Below are positions 22,853 through 33,153 of a stretch of DNA of 64,000 nucleotides, in pieces. The notes under the pieces are model-generated. The model was given only the letters and a program-made list of their open reading frames with translations, searched no databases and had not been told where the DNA came from. The stretch covers positions 96,001-160,000 of the IMG/VR virus record IMGVR_UViG_3300023179_000013, one strand, 5' to 3'. The stretch comes from a virus. Position numbers and translations under genes: made by a program. Every line of letters starts with the position of its first letter. The stretch's first letter is position 1.

Positions 22853-22867
22853 ATAAAATAAAATAAA

Positions 22868-23275
22868 ATGACACAAATTCAACGTTGGGCAATGGACCCA
22901 TTCGACATCGTTTGGAAAAATTTCTTCGATGCAAATTCACAATTCAACACAATTGACAACAAAATCAACTACCCAGTTGACATCTACGAAACAGAAGATG
23001 GTTTACGATTCGAGCTTGCCGTAGTTGGCCTCGATAAAGAAGATCTAGACATTCACACAGACGGAGATACGCTACGTGTATCACACGAAAGACAACAAGA
23101 ACAAGAACGCTCTTACATCCAAAGAGGAATTGCTAAACGCTCGTTTGATTTGGCTTGGAAAGTTGCTTTAAAATTTGATTTAAACAAACTTGAAGCTAAA
23201 TTAGATAAGGGTCTGCTTATTATTGATATCCCTTATGCGGATGAAAAAGCACCTAAAAAGGTAAAGATTAAATAA
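22868..23275 (+). CDS. hsp20: Small heat shock protein (Hsp20/IbpA family)
   Basis: YPVDIYE, LAVVG, YIQRGIAKRSF, A.LDKGLL.I.IP. Confidence 0.9.
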   Translation: MTQIQRWAMDPFDIVWKNFFDANSQFNTIDNKINYPVDIYETEDGLRFELAVVGLDKEDLDIHTDGDTLRVSHERQQEQERSYIQRGIAKRSFDLAWKVALKFDLNKLEAKLDKGLLIIDIPYADEKAPKKVKIK

Positions 23276-23331
23276 GTTTTGAAATTAAGAAGGCCTGTCG
23301 TACATTTTATTTAATTGAAAAAATACTGAAA

Positions 23332-23622
23332 ATGAAAATAAAACCATTACACAATCACGTTGTGATCAAACAACAAGATGAAACTGAAACAATGTATGGA
23401 AACATCATTGTACCTGATGCAGGTAAAGAAAAACCACTAATGGGTGAAGTAATTGCTACTGGACCTGGATTGGTTAACTTTCATGGAAATTTAATTCCAA
23501 ATGAGGTACCTGTAGGTGCTGTAGTAGTGTTTCCTGCGTTTGGTGGGCAGCGTATTACAGTTAAGGGCGATGAATATATCGTAATGAAGGAACAAGATTT
23601 ATTAGCAATAATTGAAGAATAA
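23332..23622 (+). CDS. groES: Co-chaperonin GroES
   Basis: IKPLHNHVVIK, GNIIVPD.GKEKP..GEVIATGPG, EQDLLAII. Confidence 0.92.
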   Translation: MKIKPLHNHVVIKQQDETETMYGNIIVPDAGKEKPLMGEVIATGPGLVNFHGNLIPNEVPVGAVVVFPAFGGQRITVKGDEYIVMKEQDLLAIIEE

Positions 23623-23834
23623 TGGCGTTAGTATCTGTAGAATATCATCTTGAAACATGGGAGGAATTTGTTGAATTTTGGAAATCAGACAAAATAGTAT
23701 TCCGTGAAAAAAATATATTTGAGGATGAAAAAGGAAAGAAATGGTACAGATTATATAACGAACCTACATTAAAATATCTTAGAGAAAAAATGTTAAGAGA
23801 CATTGAATATTTAAACAATAAAGTAAATGAGTAA
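23622..23834 (+). CDS. Hypothetical protein between groES and groEL
   Basis: 70 aa; overlaps both neighbours. Confidence 0.55.
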   Translation: MALVSVEYHLETWEEFVEFWKSDKIVFREKNIFEDEKGKKWYRLYNEPTLKYLREKMLRDIEYLNNKVNE

Positions 23835-25455
23835 AATAATTAAATTTGATAGAGAAGCTAAAGAAAAGCTTCAAGCCGGTATTGACAAGGTCAATAATGC
23901 CGTTTCTGTTACAATGGGTCCTTATGGCCGTAACGTATTAATTGAAAAAGAACACGGGCAAGTAGCATCAACTAAAGATGGTGTTACTGTTGCTAAAACA
24001 ATTGTGTTAGAAGATCCAATTGAAAACATGGCTGCTACTGTTATTAAGCAAGCAGCTCAAAAAACAGTAGATGCTGCTGGTGATGGTACTACAACATCAA
24101 CAGTATTAGCTCACGCTATTGCCTCTCAAGCATTGCTAGCAACGTCTTATGCTTCAACAAATGCCACTCAAATAAAGCGTGGTATTGAAGAGGCTGTTAA
24201 GCAAGTAGTAGCTGAGTTGAAAGAAATGTCTACACCTATTACTGATGAAAAGCAAATTAAACAAATTGCTACTCTATCAGCTAACGGAGATGAGGAGATT
24301 GGTAACTTGGTAGCTACCGCTATTGAAAAAGTGGGCAGGGATGGAGTTGTTACTGTTGAAGAGTCTCGTACAGGCGAAACATCACTTGAGATTGTGGAAG
24401 GTATGCAATTCGATCGTGGTTACAAATCCCCTTACATGGTGACAGACAATAATACAATGACAGCAGTATTAGATGAACCATTGTTATTGATTGTAGATAG
24501 CCGAATTACCCAAGTAAAAGATTTACTTCCAATCCTCGAATCAGTATCTCAGCAGAATAAATCACTCTTTATTGTAGCTGAAGATATCGATGGTGAAGCA
24601 CTTGCTACATTGATTGTAAATAAAATGAGAGGTGCTCTTAAAGTAGCTGCTGTTAAAGCACCTGACTTTGGAGATCGCCGAACATTGATTTTAGAAGATA
24701 TCGCTACATTAACAGGTGGTACTGTAGTATCATCTCAAAAAGGTATGCGTTTGGATAAATTCAATAAAGATTGGTTTGGACAAGCTCGTACTATTACTGT
24801 AGGTAAAGAAACAACTACTATTGTTGATGGTAGAGGTGATGCTGATAAGATTGAAGCTCGTATTGTAGAATTAAAAACACAAATTGATGCTTCAACATCA
24901 CCATATGAAATTGAGCGTTTGCAAGATCGCTTAGCTAAGATGGTTGGTGGTGTAGCTATCATTAACGTAGGTGGTGGTACTGAAATCGAAATGAAAGAAA
25001 AGAAAGATCGCCTTGATGATGCTTTACAAGCAACTAAAGCAGCACTTGATGAAGGTATTTTACCTGGTGCTGGTGTTGCTCTATTTAAAGCCAAAGACAT
25101 TATTACAGGTATAGATAATACAGATTTTGGTAAAGGACGTAAAATAGTATTCCAGGCGTGCTCCTCACCATTCACTCAAATCTTAACTAATGCTGGTGAA
25201 GATGCTAATGAATGGAGTGGTAAATGGAGTAAATTCTTCAAAACTGAAAACACTGTTCCTGATATTACTAACAACACCATAGTAAATGCATTTGATTCAG
25301 GTATTATAGACCCAACCAAAGTAGTACGCTCAGCACTTGAAAATGCCGCTGCCGCTGCAGTAACATTACTTATGACTGAGTGTGTTATCCATGAAAAAGT
25401 AGATAAGGATAAAAAACCTGCCGCTAATGATTTCGGAATGGATTTAGGAATGTAA
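23827..25455 (+). CDS. groEL: Chaperonin GroEL
   Basis: TKDGVTVAK, AGDGTTT, EGMQFDRGY, KAPDFGDRR, GIIDPTKV. Confidence 0.96.
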   Translation: MSKIIKFDREAKEKLQAGIDKVNNAVSVTMGPYGRNVLIEKEHGQVASTKDGVTVAKTIVLEDPIENMAATVIKQAAQKTVDAAGDGTTTSTVLAHAIASQALLATSYASTNATQIKRGIEEAVKQVVAELKEMSTPITDEKQIKQIATLSANGDEEIGNLVATAIEKVGRDGVVTVEESRTGETSLEIVEGMQFDRGYKSPYMVTDNNTMTAVLDEPLLLIVDSRITQVKDLLPILESVSQQNKSLFIVAEDIDGEALATLIVNKMRGALKVAAVKAPDFGDRRTLILEDIATLTGGTVVSSQKGMRLDKFNKDWFGQARTITVGKETTTIVDGRGDADKIEARIVELKTQIDASTSPYEIERLQDRLAKMVGGVAIINVGGGTEIEMKEKKDRLDDALQATKAALDEGILPGAGVALFKAKDIITGIDNTDFGKGRKIVFQACSSPFTQILTNAGEDANEWSGKWSKFFKTENTVPDITNNTIVNAFDSGIIDPTKVVRSALENAAAAAVTLLMTECVIHEKVDKDKKPAANDFGMDLGM

Positions 25456-25456
25456 T

Positions 25457-26068
25457 ATGGATGTACATTATATTTGGATAGGGGGGAGTGAAATACCTAA
25501 TAACTATTTAGTCAACTATCAAAAATGTGTTCAGTTAAATCCTTATTTTAATTTTAAAATATGGAGAAATGAAGAATGCTTACAATTAGTTGAAGAATAT
25601 GGTTTAATAGAAATTTTCACTCCCTTATCTTTTATATGTAAATATAATTTAATAAAATATCTTATATTACATAAATTCGGAGGAATATACACTGATTTTG
25701 ATATACTATGGAAACAACCATTTTCTTTAATAATTAAAGATTATGAATTCCACAACACAGATATTATATTAACTACTGTTCCCCCTATGAATTATTTAGA
25801 TGATCCGTTTATAATAAGTAAATCTAATATTTTTGGAGGATGTATATCATATTGCAAAAATAAAGACAAAAGTAAATGGCAGTATGATGGAGATTTATAT
25901 ATAAAAACAGGAAAACTAGAAATACATAAAGCAGAACCATTTGGGCCATTTAGCTTATCAGAATGGATTGATTTATATAAAATAAATTTTAAATGTTTTC
26001 CACAAAAATCATTTCTAGATAATAACGGATTATATGGTGACCATCAACAAGTAAATACTTGGAAATAA
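25457..26068 (+). CDS. Glycosyltransferase, GT32-like (DxD)
   Basis: HYIWIGG, ILHKFGGIYTDFD, FGP. Confidence 0.75.
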   Translation: MDVHYIWIGGSEIPNNYLVNYQKCVQLNPYFNFKIWRNEECLQLVEEYGLIEIFTPLSFICKYNLIKYLILHKFGGIYTDFDILWKQPFSLIIKDYEFHNTDIILTTVPPMNYLDDPFIISKSNIFGGCISYCKNKDKSKWQYDGDLYIKTGKLEIHKAEPFGPFSLSEWIDLYKINFKCFPQKSFLDNNGLYGDHQQVNTWK

Positions 26069-26103
26069 TTTGAAAGGCATAATAAAAGTCATATATTTAA
26101 GTT

Positions 26104-27024
26104 ATGAAAAAACATACACTCTGGATTGAAAAATATCGTAGCCAAACGCTAGAACAGTACATCGGAAATGATGCTGTTAAAGATCGCATCTCCAATTGTA
26201 TTGATAAAAACGATATTCCCCATTTTATCTTTAGCGGTACAGCAGGTACTGGTAAAACAACATTAGCTAAACTAATAGTTAATAACATTAAATGTGATTA
26301 CCTCTATCTTAACGCTAGTGATGAGAATGGTATTGACATGATTAGGGAAAAGGTAAAGGGATTCGCTTCATCAGCTACATTTAATCCAATTAAAGTAGTA
26401 ATATTGGACGAGGCTGATTTCTTGACTCAACCAGCACAAGCTGCACTTCGTAATATTATCGAAGAATATTCAATTAATACACGCTTTATCTTAACATGTA
26501 ATTATATTGAGCGTTTAATTGAACCGCTTACATCACGTTGTGAAATTCATATCTTAAAACCACCATCAATGCCTGATGTTGCAAGACATATTTGCACAAA
26601 TATTCTTGATGTTGAAGGTGTAGAATATGATTTGAAAAACGTAGCAATGTTAGTTAAAGAATATTATCCTGATATTCGCTCAGTAATCAAAAATCTACAA
26701 GCAGGAGTTAAAGATAATAAATATCAATGGATTGCTCTTAGCACTGATTGGCTATCTAAAGTAGTAGAAGTATTAAAATCTAGAGATAAAAAAGCATGGT
26801 ACACTATCAGACAAATTGTAGCTGATGCCCAAATAGATGATTTTCAAATAGCATATCGCTATATGTTTGATAATCTAGAAAAATATAGTCATGGACATGA
26901 TGCTGAAATATCAGTAGTATTGGATGATCATATCTGGAGAGCAGGTGTAGTACCTGATAAAGAAATTAATTTTGCAGCTGCAATAGCTAAAATATTAGAA
27001 CTAAATAAAAAACAAGTATTATGA
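26104..27024 (+). CDS. Clamp loader AAA+ subunit (gp44/RFC-like)
   Basis: WIEKYR, GTAGTGKTT, LNASDENG, LDEAD, SRC. Confidence 0.93.
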   Translation: MKKHTLWIEKYRSQTLEQYIGNDAVKDRISNCIDKNDIPHFIFSGTAGTGKTTLAKLIVNNIKCDYLYLNASDENGIDMIREKVKGFASSATFNPIKVVILDEADFLTQPAQAALRNIIEEYSINTRFILTCNYIERLIEPLTSRCEIHILKPPSMPDVARHICTNILDVEGVEYDLKNVAMLVKEYYPDIRSVIKNLQAGVKDNKYQWIALSTDWLSKVVEVLKSRDKKAWYTIRQIVADAQIDDFQIAYRYMFDNLEKYSHGHDAEISVVLDDHIWRAGVVPDKEINFAAAIAKILELNKKQVL

Positions 27025-27257
27025 GTCAAGAACAAATGAACTTAAATATCAGTTTAGATAAAACAACTGAATTAGTATGTGATGAATGTGGTAATCCTGC
27101 TTTTCAAGAGGTAGTATTGCTTCGTAAAGCATCTCGCTTCATTACAGGAACAGCACAAGATGCTATGATTCCAATTCCAGTATTTGCTTGTAGCAAATGT
27201 GGACACGTAAATGAAGAATTTCTTCCAATGCAACTTAGAAAACAAACAGAACAATAA
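27021..27257 (+). CDS. Zinc-ribbon protein
   Basis: CDECG...CSKCG. Confidence 0.7.
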   Translation: MSQEQMNLNISLDKTTELVCDECGNPAFQEVVLLRKASRFITGTAQDAMIPIPVFACSKCGHVNEEFLPMQLRKQTEQ

Positions 27258-27529
27258 TGTTCAATTTATTTAAAAAATTATTTAAAATGTCAACTAAACA
27301 AGAACTAGAACAGCAACTTGCTGGTGCTATTGATGTAGCTCAACGTTTAAATGAAGAAATTAAAACATTAAGAACAGCTAATGAAACACTAGCAATTGAA
27401 AATGAATCATTAAAAAATGATTTCAATGCAGCTGCTGATAGAGTGAGATATTTAGATGGTCAAGTAAGAATGCTAGAAGCACAGCGCCAAGCTAAAAACC
27501 AATATTCAGATAACGATAGAAACTATTAA
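27257..27529 (+). CDS. Coiled-coil hypothetical protein
   Basis: Heptad pattern. Confidence 0.6.
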   Translation: MFNLFKKLFKMSTKQELEQQLAGAIDVAQRLNEEIKTLRTANETLAIENESLKNDFNAAADRVRYLDGQVRMLEAQRQAKNQYSDNDRNY

Positions 27530-27912
27530 TGCCTAATATCTTCGACCATATTAAAAATATTACCACGTCTAAGGGTCCATATCTAGGTGACGAGGGATGG
27601 AACAATTGGATGATCAATCGTTACCTAAGTATGGATCCCGACTATTGTGAAGTAGTTAATATAGTACAGAAGAATACTTGGCAAATGAAAGGAGAGTACT
27701 TATATAACCTATATAAGGACCTGATTCCCCAACAGTATAAGTTTCTAAAGTATATTAAAGCATCTAAAAAATCAAACTATGAAAAGGATGATATTAATGC
27801 TGTTAAACAATACTTTGAAATATCCGAAAAACAAGCCAAGGAATATATTGATATGCTCCCTGAAGAAGAATTGGAAACAATAAAACAACAAATAAATGGC
27901 GTTTGCAGTTAA
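27529..27912 (+). CDS. Clamp loader small subunit (gp62-like)
   Basis: FDHIKNIT, WMINRYLS, KQYFEISEKQAKEY. Confidence 0.75.
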   Translation: MPNIFDHIKNITTSKGPYLGDEGWNNWMINRYLSMDPDYCEVVNIVQKNTWQMKGEYLYNLYKDLIPQQYKFLKYIKASKKSNYEKDDINAVKQYFEISEKQAKEYIDMLPEEELETIKQQINGVCS

Positions 27913-28153
27913 ATTTATATTGGTAATGTTAGCTATGATTGTAGCTGATATTTGCTGGACTATGTATTTTATTGAAGTAGATAAACGTAGACCAGTCCCG
28001 GCAGGTATATGGGGTTCTGCTATTATGATATTTGGAGCATTCACCACAGTTCATTATGTTGATGATCATAGATTATTAGTAGCTGCTATATTAGGTTCTT
28101 TTATAGGCACAGCAGGAACAGTATATTATAAAAATAAAAAAGAACAAAAATGA
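27896..28153 (+). CDS. Small membrane protein
   Basis: Three hydrophobic segments. Confidence 0.6.
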   Translation: MAFAVKFILVMLAMIVADICWTMYFIEVDKRRPVPAGIWGSAIMIFGAFTTVHYVDDHRLLVAAILGSFIGTAGTVYYKNKKEQK

Positions 28154-28503
28154 CAATAAATAGCTACGAAGACTACCAACGTTTTATGCGTGATACTGAA
28201 CTGCATTGTATTGATAATAAAATGAAAAAATCAGAAGACTATTTCGTTAAGGATGAAATTACTAAATCTGTAATATTAGATTTATCATCCCGTGCTGCAC
28301 GTGGTGTTAAAAAATATAATACAACATTAGGTGAAAACAATCACCAAAATATGCTTCAACATGCTTATGAAGAAGCACTTGATTTAGCTCAGTACCTCAA
28401 AAAAGAAATTACTACACTTAATACCATCCAAGATATGGTTAAAAAGTATCCTAATGATGCTGATTTAGGCGAACAGATAAGACTAATATATGACCAAAAG
28501 TAA
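28150..28503 (+). CDS. Possible all-alpha NTP pyrophosphohydrolase (MazG-like)
   Basis: R...GVKKY..TL and HAYEEALDLAQYL acidic helix. Confidence 0.45.
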   Translation: MTINSYEDYQRFMRDTELHCIDNKMKKSEDYFVKDEITKSVILDLSSRAARGVKKYNTTLGENNHQNMLQHAYEEALDLAQYLKKEITTLNTIQDMVKKYPNDADLGEQIRLIYDQK

Positions 28504-29422
28504 ATTAACTGAAGTTGAACTGAAAGTTAAGAACTTTACCCCACCAGAAATCAATCACGCATTTCAGCGTACTGTATCTTACTCTCAATTTTCAATGTAC
28601 TCAACATGTCCACATCAGTGGTATTTAAGCTACGTTGAAAATAAACAACCATATCAAGCTAGCATCCACACTGTGTTTGGAACTTCATTCCATGAAACAC
28701 TCCAAGAATATATTAATACAATGTATAATGTGAGTGGAGTAGCCGCTGATAAAATGGATCTAGAAGCTTTATTCACTGAACGCTTTAGGGAAGTATACAG
28801 AAGAGAATATGAAAAAACAGGAGAGCATTTTAGCAATCCATTTGAAATGAGAGCATTTTTTGAAGATGGAATAGCAATTCTGAGTTGGATTAAAGCAAGA
28901 CGAAATAAATTATTTACAATACGTAAAGTAAAACTACTAGGTATAGAGTTACCTCTGCTAGTAGGAGTAAGTAAAAACATATTCCTAAAAGGATTTATTG
29001 ATTTTATCTTATACGACACCGAACTAAATAAAGTTTACATTTATGACATCAAAACCTCGACGCGTGGATGGGGCGAAAGAGAAAAGAAGGACGATACTAA
29101 ACTCTCTCAAATCCTCCTTTATAAAGAGTACTTTGCAAAACAATTCGGACTCGACGTTGATCGAATCGAAGTTGAATACTTTATTGTCAAACGAAAAATT
29201 TGGGAAGAGTCTGAATACCCAATTCCCAGGGTTCAATCCTTCAAGCCCGCTAGTGGAAAATCCAAAAGACGACAAGCAGTAGATAATTTTAATGCTTTTG
29301 TACAAGATTGCTTTGATGAAAGTGGTAAACCTAAAATTAAGTCGTACATTAAAAATGTAGGTGAAAGCAGCTGCAAATGGTGTCCCTATGCAGATAAACC
29401 AGAACTTTGTAATAAACAGTGA
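28490..29422 (+). CDS. PD-(D/E)XK Cas4/RecB-like exonuclease
   Basis: SYSQ...CP, GT.FH, GFIDF, YDIKTS, Q..LY, CKWCPY...C. Confidence 0.85.
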   Translation: MTKSKLTEVELKVKNFTPPEINHAFQRTVSYSQFSMYSTCPHQWYLSYVENKQPYQASIHTVFGTSFHETLQEYINTMYNVSGVAADKMDLEALFTERFREVYRREYEKTGEHFSNPFEMRAFFEDGIAILSWIKARRNKLFTIRKVKLLGIELPLLVGVSKNIFLKGFIDFILYDTELNKVYIYDIKTSTRGWGEREKKDDTKLSQILLYKEYFAKQFGLDVDRIEVEYFIVKRKIWEESEYPIPRVQSFKPASGKSKRRQAVDNFNAFVQDCFDESGKPKIKSYIKNVGESSCKWCPYADKPELCNKQ

Positions 29423-29694
29423 GAACAGCAATATACGTTTTAAAAAGAAATAATGAAATAGTTTATTTGGGTAAAAGTACAAACCCATATGAACGTTGGA
29501 AATTCCATCGCCGTAGCCGTAAATTTGGTAAAGAATTAGTAATGGAAATAGTAGATGAATTTAATGATATGGAGCTAGAATGGATATTAAAATTACAAGC
29601 AAATGGTACATTGCTGGAAAATAAAACACTAAACACCAATTCTAATAATGATTGGAAAATTGGTGATTCTTATTCAAAACTTAAAACAAAATAA
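29419..29694 (+). CDS. Minimal GIY-YIG nuclease-domain protein
   Basis: AIYVL...VYLGKS...R...H...E...N; GTG start. Confidence 0.7.
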   Translation: MRTAIYVLKRNNEIVYLGKSTNPYERWKFHRRSRKFGKELVMEIVDEFNDMELEWILKLQANGTLLENKTLNTNSNNDWKIGDSYSKLKTK

Positions 29695-29712
29695 CGCGTT
29701 TTCGTATCTTCG

Positions 29713-29729
29713 TATATATTTATATCAAA
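29713..29729 (+). promoter_or_regulatory. ATATTTATA-class promoter at the start of the glycan island
   Basis: TATATATTTATATCAAA, repeated identically at 38747-38763. Confidence 0.55.
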
Positions 29730-29738
29730 ATATAATAT

Positions 29739-29936
29739 ATGGCAAAATCAAATATGCAATTAACAAGCGTAAAGATTCCTGAAGACTTATTTGAACAATT
29801 CAAAATTGCATGTGTAAAGTACAAATTCAGCGTACAAAAATTAACAGAACGTTGTATGTTTATGTATTTAACAGATGAAGAATTTAGAAAACAAGTTCAC
29901 AATCAATTAGACACTAATTTTACAGGAAGCATTTAA
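29739..29936 (+). CDS. Ribbon-helix-helix DNA-binding protein
   Basis: LTSVKIPEDLFEQFK...SVQKL. Confidence 0.6.
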   Translation: MAKSNMQLTSVKIPEDLFEQFKIACVKYKFSVQKLTERCMFMYLTDEEFRKQVHNQLDTNFTGSI

Positions 29937-29945
29937 AAAACAATT

Positions 29946-31403
29946 ATGAAAGAAGGTTATATTGAACAATCAAAACGTAAGAAAATCTTACTGTTATGTG
30001 ATGATATCAGAATGACTTCTGGTATTTCTACAATGGCTCGTGAAATCGTAGTAGGTACATCACATCATTACAACTGGGTTAACGTTGGTGGAGCTATTAA
30101 CCATCCTGATCAGGGCAAACGCTTTGATTTAAATGAGGATACTAATAGACATGCTGGTATTAACGATGCTAGTGTTATATTATATCCGATTAATGGTTAT
30201 GGTGATCCAATGTTTTTAAAGCAAATGATTGCCCTGGAAAAACCAGATGCATTGATGATGTTTACCGATCCTCGCTATTGGGTTTGGTTATTTCAGATGG
30301 AACATGAAATCAGAAAAACTATTCCTATTATTTATCTTAATATTTGGGATGACTTACCTTATCCAATGTACAATAAGTCATTCTACGAATCATGTGATGC
30401 ATTACTTGCAATCAGTAAACAAACAGAAAATCTAAACAGAGCAGTATTAGGAGCAGAATTATCAACTGAAAAAGTAATCAAATATGTTCCTCATGGTATT
30501 AATGAGAATATATTCTTCCCTATTACTAAAGAACATCCCGAATACTTAGCATTACAAGATTTTAAGAAACAATTATTTAAAGAAAAAGAATACGATTTTG
30601 TATTACACTATAATGCTAGAAACATTCGTCGTAAGTCGGTTCCCGATTTGATGTTAGCTTGGAAAATATTCATGGATAAATTATCTGATGATGCTAAAAA
30701 GAAATGTGCCTTTGTACTCCACACTCAACCAGTAGATGAAAATGGAACAGATTTATATGCTGTAAAAGATATGTTATTTGGTAATTATGAATATAATATT
30801 ATATTTGAACAGGGTCGTTATTCATCAAATGTAATGAATTTACTTTATAATGCTACTGATATTACAGCATTAATTTCATCTAACGAAGGTTGGGGATTAT
30901 CACTTACAGAAGCAATGATGTGTGGTAAGCCAATTATTGGTACTGTAACAGGTGGTATGCAAGACCAAATGCGCTTTGAAGATGAAAATGGTGAATGGAT
31001 TAAATTCACTGAAGAATTTGGATCTAACCATAGAGGTAAATATAAAAAACACGGAAAATGGGCCTACCCAGTATTCCCATCTAACCTCTCCCTTGTAGGT
31101 TCTATTCCAACTCCTTATATCTTTGATGATAGAGCAGAACCATTTGATATTGCAGATCAAATTAGTCGCGCTTATATTGATAAAATGAGTGACCCTAAAG
31201 AATGGGAAGAAAAAGGAAAAGCAGCTCGTGAGTGGGTTACCTCAGATGAATCTATGCAATCTGCAAGATGGATGTGTAAAAATACCATCGATGGTATAGA
31301 TGCTACTTTTGAAAAGTGGACTCCTCGTCATAGATTTGAACTCATTCAAGTAGAAACTCGTAAACAACCTAAACATTTCGTTAAACACGTTATCGCAAAA
31401 TAA
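29946..31403 (+). CDS. GT-B glycosyltransferase (GT4-like)
   Basis: NARNIRRK, SSNEGWGLSLTEAMMCG (EX7E). Confidence 0.85.
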   Translation: MKEGYIEQSKRKKILLLCDDIRMTSGISTMAREIVVGTSHHYNWVNVGGAINHPDQGKRFDLNEDTNRHAGINDASVILYPINGYGDPMFLKQMIALEKPDALMMFTDPRYWVWLFQMEHEIRKTIPIIYLNIWDDLPYPMYNKSFYESCDALLAISKQTENLNRAVLGAELSTEKVIKYVPHGINENIFFPITKEHPEYLALQDFKKQLFKEKEYDFVLHYNARNIRRKSVPDLMLAWKIFMDKLSDDAKKKCAFVLHTQPVDENGTDLYAVKDMLFGNYEYNIIFEQGRYSSNVMNLLYNATDITALISSNEGWGLSLTEAMMCGKPIIGTVTGGMQDQMRFEDENGEWIKFTEEFGSNHRGKYKKHGKWAYPVFPSNLSLVGSIPTPYIFDDRAEPFDIADQISRAYIDKMSDPKEWEEKGKAAREWVTSDESMQSARWMCKNTIDGIDATFEKWTPRHRFELIQVETRKQPKHFVKHVIAK

Positions 31404-31404
31404 T

Positions 31405-32715
31405 ATGAAACAATTAATAATAGTAAGTTGTCCTATTGACACATATTCTGGTTATGGTGCTCGCTCAAGAGATATTGTAAAAGCGCTTTTAAAAGCTAAT
31501 AAATACGATGTCAAAATCCTCCCACAGAGATGGGGTAATACACCTTTTGGATTTTTACAAGCAGATAATCCTGAGCATAAGCAAATTCTAGATTGTTTCC
31601 TTCAGCAACCACAACTACCACGCCAACCAGATTGCTGGATTCAAATCACAGTACCAAATGAATTCCAGCCAATAGGTAAATTTAACATTGGTATTACAGC
31701 AGGTATTGAAACAACGGTATGTGCTCCTGAATGGATTGATGGTGTTAATAGAATGAATTTAACATTAGTATCGTCTGAACATGCTAAGAAAGTATTTGAA
31801 CAATCAGCATTTGAACAACGTGACCAACAATCAGGTCAAGTTATAAGAAATATTAAACTTGAAAAACCAGTAGAGGTATTATTTGAAGGTGTTGATACTA
31901 GCATTTATGAAAAAATAGATGCTGTTAATGATAGTGAAGTATGGGATGTATTAGATTCAATCGATGAAGAATTTAATTTCCTATATGTTGGTCATTGGTT
32001 GCAAGGTGAATTAGGACAAGATAGAAAAGATACAGGTATGTTAGTTAAAACGTTCCTTGAAACGTTTAAAGGTAAAAAAACAAAACCGGGTCTTATTATG
32101 AAAACATCTTCTGCTACTTATTCAATTATGGATAGAGAAGAGATTATTGATAAAATTAATAGAATTCGTGAGGCAGTAGGAGATGAAAATTTACCTAACA
32201 TCTATGTATTACATGGTGAATTAACAGATAATGAAGTAAATGAATTATATAATCACCCTAAAGTAAAAGCACACGTTACATTTACTAAAGGTGAAGGATT
32301 CGGTCGCCCATTACTTGAAGCATCAGTTAGTCAAAAACCAGTAATTGCCCCCAATTGGAGTGGACATGTTGATTTTCTTGGCCCTGAACTGTCAATATTA
32401 CTGCCTGGCCAAATTACCCAGATTCATCCTTCAGCAGTAGTACAAAATATGCTTATTCCTGAATCAGGATGGTTTACAGTTGATTATAAAATAGCTTCTG
32501 AAACACTAGAAAGCGTTTATAAGAACTATAAAAAATATCTTGATGGAGCAAAACGCCAAGCATATATTTCCCGTACTGAATTCAATTTAGACAAAATGGC
32601 TGAAAAATTGAATGACATTATTGAGGAAAAAGTACCTAAACAAGTAGCACTTAAATTGCCTACATTAAAGAAAATCGAGTTACCTAAACTTAAAAAGGTA
32701 GATGATGCAAAATAA
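31405..32715 (+). CDS. GT-B glycosyltransferase (GT4-like)
   Basis: SGYG, DRKD, GEGFGRPLLEA. Confidence 0.85.
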   Translation: MKQLIIVSCPIDTYSGYGARSRDIVKALLKANKYDVKILPQRWGNTPFGFLQADNPEHKQILDCFLQQPQLPRQPDCWIQITVPNEFQPIGKFNIGITAGIETTVCAPEWIDGVNRMNLTLVSSEHAKKVFEQSAFEQRDQQSGQVIRNIKLEKPVEVLFEGVDTSIYEKIDAVNDSEVWDVLDSIDEEFNFLYVGHWLQGELGQDRKDTGMLVKTFLETFKGKKTKPGLIMKTSSATYSIMDREEIIDKINRIREAVGDENLPNIYVLHGELTDNEVNELYNHPKVKAHVTFTKGEGFGRPLLEASVSQKPVIAPNWSGHVDFLGPELSILLPGQITQIHPSAVVQNMLIPESGWFTVDYKIASETLESVYKNYKKYLDGAKRQAYISRTEFNLDKMAEKLNDIIEEKVPKQVALKLPTLKKIELPKLKKVDDAK

Positions 32716-32759
32716 TACAGGTGCTATAATCTATACTTTTCAAAATAATACATTAAGTT

Positions 32760-33152
32760 ATGAAAGAATCACTTATCGTTTGTCCTAGATGCGGCTCAAA
32801 TGCTTGTCACGAAGCATCAAATGAAAAATTCACAATGTGGAGTTGCTTTGGATGTGGGTTTACTTCAAATTCAACAATGATTGAAGAAAACATTGAACAA
32901 ACAGAAGAAGTACTTCCTGAATTGTATAAAGCACTTCGATTTAAAGATGAAAAAGGATATCATTGGTATCCAATTGCTTTAACATTTGATGATAAATCAA
33001 TGGTATTTGCTGAAGGCACATCTGTTGAAACATGGAAATGGTCCGCAGTACAAGCCAAAGAAGGCAAACCAGATATGACAACTAAAAAAGAATTTGAAGA
33101 GCGTGACTTTATGGAAGCGCTTGATTATGTAGGTTATTTTAATCAAAAGTAA
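32760..33152 (+). CDS. Zinc-finger hypothetical protein
   Basis: CPRCGS...CFGCG. Confidence 0.6.
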   Translation: MKESLIVCPRCGSNACHEASNEKFTMWSCFGCGFTSNSTMIEENIEQTEEVLPELYKALRFKDEKGYHWYPIALTFDDKSMVFAEGTSVETWKWSAVQAKEGKPDMTTKKEFEERDFMEALDYVGYFNQK

Positions 33153-33153
33153 T

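Noticed and set aside
29043-29282. Alternative-frame + strand ORF inside the exonuclease gene
   Set aside because: Fully nested, no motif or leader; explained by locally higher GC
28490-29422. Cas4-like gene as evidence of CRISPR-Cas
   Set aside because: No repeat-spacer array or other cas genes seen; stand-alone Cas4-like nucleases are common in phages
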